64,000 nt of DNA from Elusimicrobiota bacterium (GTDB lineage Bacteria > Elusimicrobiota > Elusimicrobia > F11), in the NCBI GenBank assembly GCA_022072025.1, contig JAJVIP010000017.1, forward strand, positions 53,462 to 117,461, given 5' to 3'. Below the pieces are notes generated by a model, which ran no database searches, was not told the DNA's origin, and saw only the letters and a list, made by a program, of their open reading frames with translations. The position numbers and the translations under genes were made by a program. Of the stretch, positions 59,757 to 64,000 are shown piece after piece (the first letter of the stretch is position 1; every line of letters starts with the position of its first letter).

Positions 59757-60323
59757 ATGAAAATTCTCAGCGGCACCGCACGGGGACGAACCGTGCGAAC
59801 CCTTCCCAACAATCCGCTTGTTCGACCGATCCTTGCGCGAATCAAAAAATCTGTCTTTGACATCATCCGGCCTCGAATAGTGGGAAGTCATTTTTTGGAC
59901 CTCTATGCTGGAACGGGTTCGGTGGGACTTGAAGCCTTATCGGAGGGAGCCAGTCATGCCACCTTCGTTGAACAAGAGCCGAAATGCGTTCGATTAATCC
60001 ATGAAAACATCACGCTGTTTAAATTCGACAGCCAAGCTTCGGTCTTCCGAATGAGTGCCGTTGGGGACCTCTCCTTTTTACCGAAAAATTTCGATTTGAT
60101 CTTTATGGGGCCTCCTTACAAAGACGCCCAAAAAAATCCCCTGGCTTTGGTGACACCCACTCTCGAAAACATCTCGAAATATTCCTTGTTAAATCCAAAA
60201 GGTTTGGTTATTGCCCAGCACCACAAAAATGAAAAGGTGACCTCCTTCGGCCCTTGGAACTTGAAGCGGCAAGAGAAATACGGGGACACCTTGGTCACTT
60301 TTTTTACCCTGACTCCCGCATGA
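59757..60323 (+). CDS. rsmD: 16S rRNA (guanine966-N2)-methyltransferase RsmD
   Basis: LDLYAGTGSVGLEALSEGA SAM motif and FMGPPY DPPY-like motif. Confidence 0.8.
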   Translation: MKILSGTARGRTVRTLPNNPLVRPILARIKKSVFDIIRPRIVGSHFLDLYAGTGSVGLEALSEGASHATFVEQEPKCVRLIHENITLFKFDSQASVFRMSAVGDLSFLPKNFDLIFMGPPYKDAQKNPLALVTPTLENISKYSLLNPKGLVIAQHHKNEKVTSFGPWNLKRQEKYGDTLVTFFTLTPA

Positions 60324-61048
60324 CAAATGCCGTCGAAATATCCCACTCTCGGATGCAGGCTTACGAACGGTGTCCTTGGATGTACCATCTTATATTTGAT
60401 GAAGGCTGGCGCTCTGGCCCCAGCGCCAAAGCAGCTTTGGGGCAATCGATCCATCGAACGTTAGACAAGTACTTGTCCCCTGAGAACACCGAAAAATCCT
60501 TGCCTCGTCTTTTGGAAATTTTCGATGAACAATGGGTCAATGAAGGATTTGACTCTCCTCAAGCGACAATGGAGGCCTATCAATCCGGCCAAACCATTTT
60601 GGAGAAATTTTTTGAATTGGATAAAGACCGAACCTCCGAAGTTGTTTCGACGGAAAAAGAGTTTAATATTGAACTTCCCGGACCCGTTCAATTAAGAGGA
60701 ACCATTGACCGCCTGGATATCCACAAAGATGGCACCTACGAAATCATCGAGTACAAGACCCAATCGCCGCCATGGAATGAATCGCGCATCGCACAGGACC
60801 AACAAATGACGCTTTATGCCCTTGGAATGACTGAAACCCTTAAAGGAGCCCCTCTTAAACTCACCTATTATTTTCTATCTTCCGGTACATCCATTGAAAC
60901 AATCCGAACCCAACAACAACTGGAGGAGGCGCGCGCGCGTATTTTATCTGTGGCTGAAAAAATCAAACAACATCAATTCAACCCCAACCACAACTACTGT
61001 TCCCACTGCGAATTCGGAAAACGTTGCGTCCATTTTAAATCAACATGA
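60320..61048 (+). CDS. PD-(D/E)XK nuclease with a four-Cys cluster (Cas4/RecB-like)
   Basis: ATGA overlap with rsmD. N-terminal C (ERCPWMY). D...EIIEYK motif II/III. C-terminal C-x2-C-x5-C (CSHCEFGKRC). Confidence 0.55.
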   Translation: MTNAVEISHSRMQAYERCPWMYHLIFDEGWRSGPSAKAALGQSIHRTLDKYLSPENTEKSLPRLLEIFDEQWVNEGFDSPQATMEAYQSGQTILEKFFELDKDRTSEVVSTEKEFNIELPGPVQLRGTIDRLDIHKDGTYEIIEYKTQSPPWNESRIAQDQQMTLYALGMTETLKGAPLKLTYYFLSSGTSIETIRTQQQLEEARARILSVAEKIKQHQFNPNHNYCSHCEFGKRCVHFKST

Positions 61049-61794
61049 AAAGACCACTTGTTATTAAAGCGGGGGGAGAATTGATGATCCCCGGCCCCAT
61101 TCGAAAAAAAATAATTTTAGCCCTCGCTCGAATAGGTAAAAAATATCCGGTGGTATTTGTTCATGGGGGAGGACCCCAAATTGAAGAAGAACTCAATCGG
61201 AATAAGATACCGACCCGATTCGTTAAAGGACGAAGGTTTACCTCTCCCGAAGCCATCGTGCATGTGGAACGGGTGCTCAGTGGGCAAATCAATAAAAGTA
61301 TTGCCGCTGACCTTGCCGCCTTGGGTCGCCCAGCGGTGGGACTCTCCTGCCGGGATGGACAAACCCTCACAGCCCAACCAATCCCCGGACTGGGCCGGGC
61401 CGGAAAACCCTTGCAGACACGTCCCGCCCTTTTATCAGTACTCCTAAAAGCAGGTTTTCTCCCGGTGGTTTCTTCTGTGGGTTCTGACAAAAAAGGCCAT
61501 CCCATCAACATCAACGCGGACGACGTCGCCAGTGCTTTGGCCATCAGCCTCAAAGCCGCGAATCTCATTTTCCTGACCAACATTTCAGGAGTGCTCGACA
61601 AAGAAAAGAACCGCATTCCGGTTCTCAAAACAGAAAAAATTGACAAACTCATTTCCTCTGGCGTCATCACAGGGGGAATGATCCCCAAAGTTCAATCCGC
61701 AAGATCCGCTATTCACCAAGGAATTGGGGAAGTTGACATCCTCAATGGAAAAATGGGAATTGACTTTGAACATGGAACAAGGATCCGCCAATAA
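61045..61794 (+). CDS. argB: Acetylglutamate kinase
   Basis: VIKAGGELM...VFVHGGGPQI amino-acid kinase motifs. Confidence 0.85.
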   Translation: MKRPLVIKAGGELMIPGPIRKKIILALARIGKKYPVVFVHGGGPQIEEELNRNKIPTRFVKGRRFTSPEAIVHVERVLSGQINKSIAADLAALGRPAVGLSCRDGQTLTAQPIPGLGRAGKPLQTRPALLSVLLKAGFLPVVSSVGSDKKGHPININADDVASALAISLKAANLIFLTNISGVLDKEKNRIPVLKTEKIDKLISSGVITGGMIPKVQSARSAIHQGIGEVDILNGKMGIDFEHGTRIRQ

Positions 61795-61796
61795 CA

Positions 61797-64000
<2,204 letters not shown>

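Noticed and set aside
60291-60311. Apparent premature stop in rsmD when counting the T-run by eye (6 versus 7 T)
   Set aside because: The supplied ORF track, computed on the true sequence, reads through to 60323 and gives the expected ATGA coupling. The apparent stop came from my manual count of the homopolymer. No frameshift is claimed.

Overview
This 64-kb window is a gene-dense, single-replicon-like stretch of an uncultivated-looking bacterial genome, with about 50% GC estimated by eye. It contains one tRNA-Ala and no rRNA, CRISPR array, transposase or integrase gene that I could see.

Conserved housekeeping blocks:
- phoH, a 7TM-HD protein, ybeY, recO, glyQ, glyS and coaX, all on the minus strand
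- aspS
- panB, panC and folK
- korA and korB followed by sucC and sucD
- feoB followed by a dtxR-family gene
- tmk, holB and metG
- rsmD, a Cas4-like nuclease gene, argB, argD and eno

Accessory-looking regions sit between these blocks:
- Two paralogous InlB-B-repeat lipoprotein genes share a duplicated 104-bp 5' cassette.
- A MITE-like element with terminal inverted repeats is present in two copies.
- A polytopic class III nucleotidyl cyclase gene has direct repeats just upstream.
- Three paralogous small proteins of the 2TM-HAMP type lie around a tiny tandem-repeat basic protein gene.
- A three-gene minor-pilin operon opens with an 876-aa fusion of a prepilin N-terminus, a lamin-tail-like domain and CarbopepD-regulatory-like domains.
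- A 12-kb co-directional cluster runs FecR-domain protein, beta-barrel OMP, a 2106-aa Fn3/CarbopepD-reg surface protein with a T9SS type-A-like C-terminal sorting domain, a translationally coupled FadL-like OMP, and a secreted enzyme with a glucodextranase-like C-terminal domain.
- That cluster ends at tRNA-Ala(GGC), which is flanked by a perfect 30-nt inverted copy of its own 3' end.

All functional calls rest on motif recognition by eye in the supplied translations. No database search was run.
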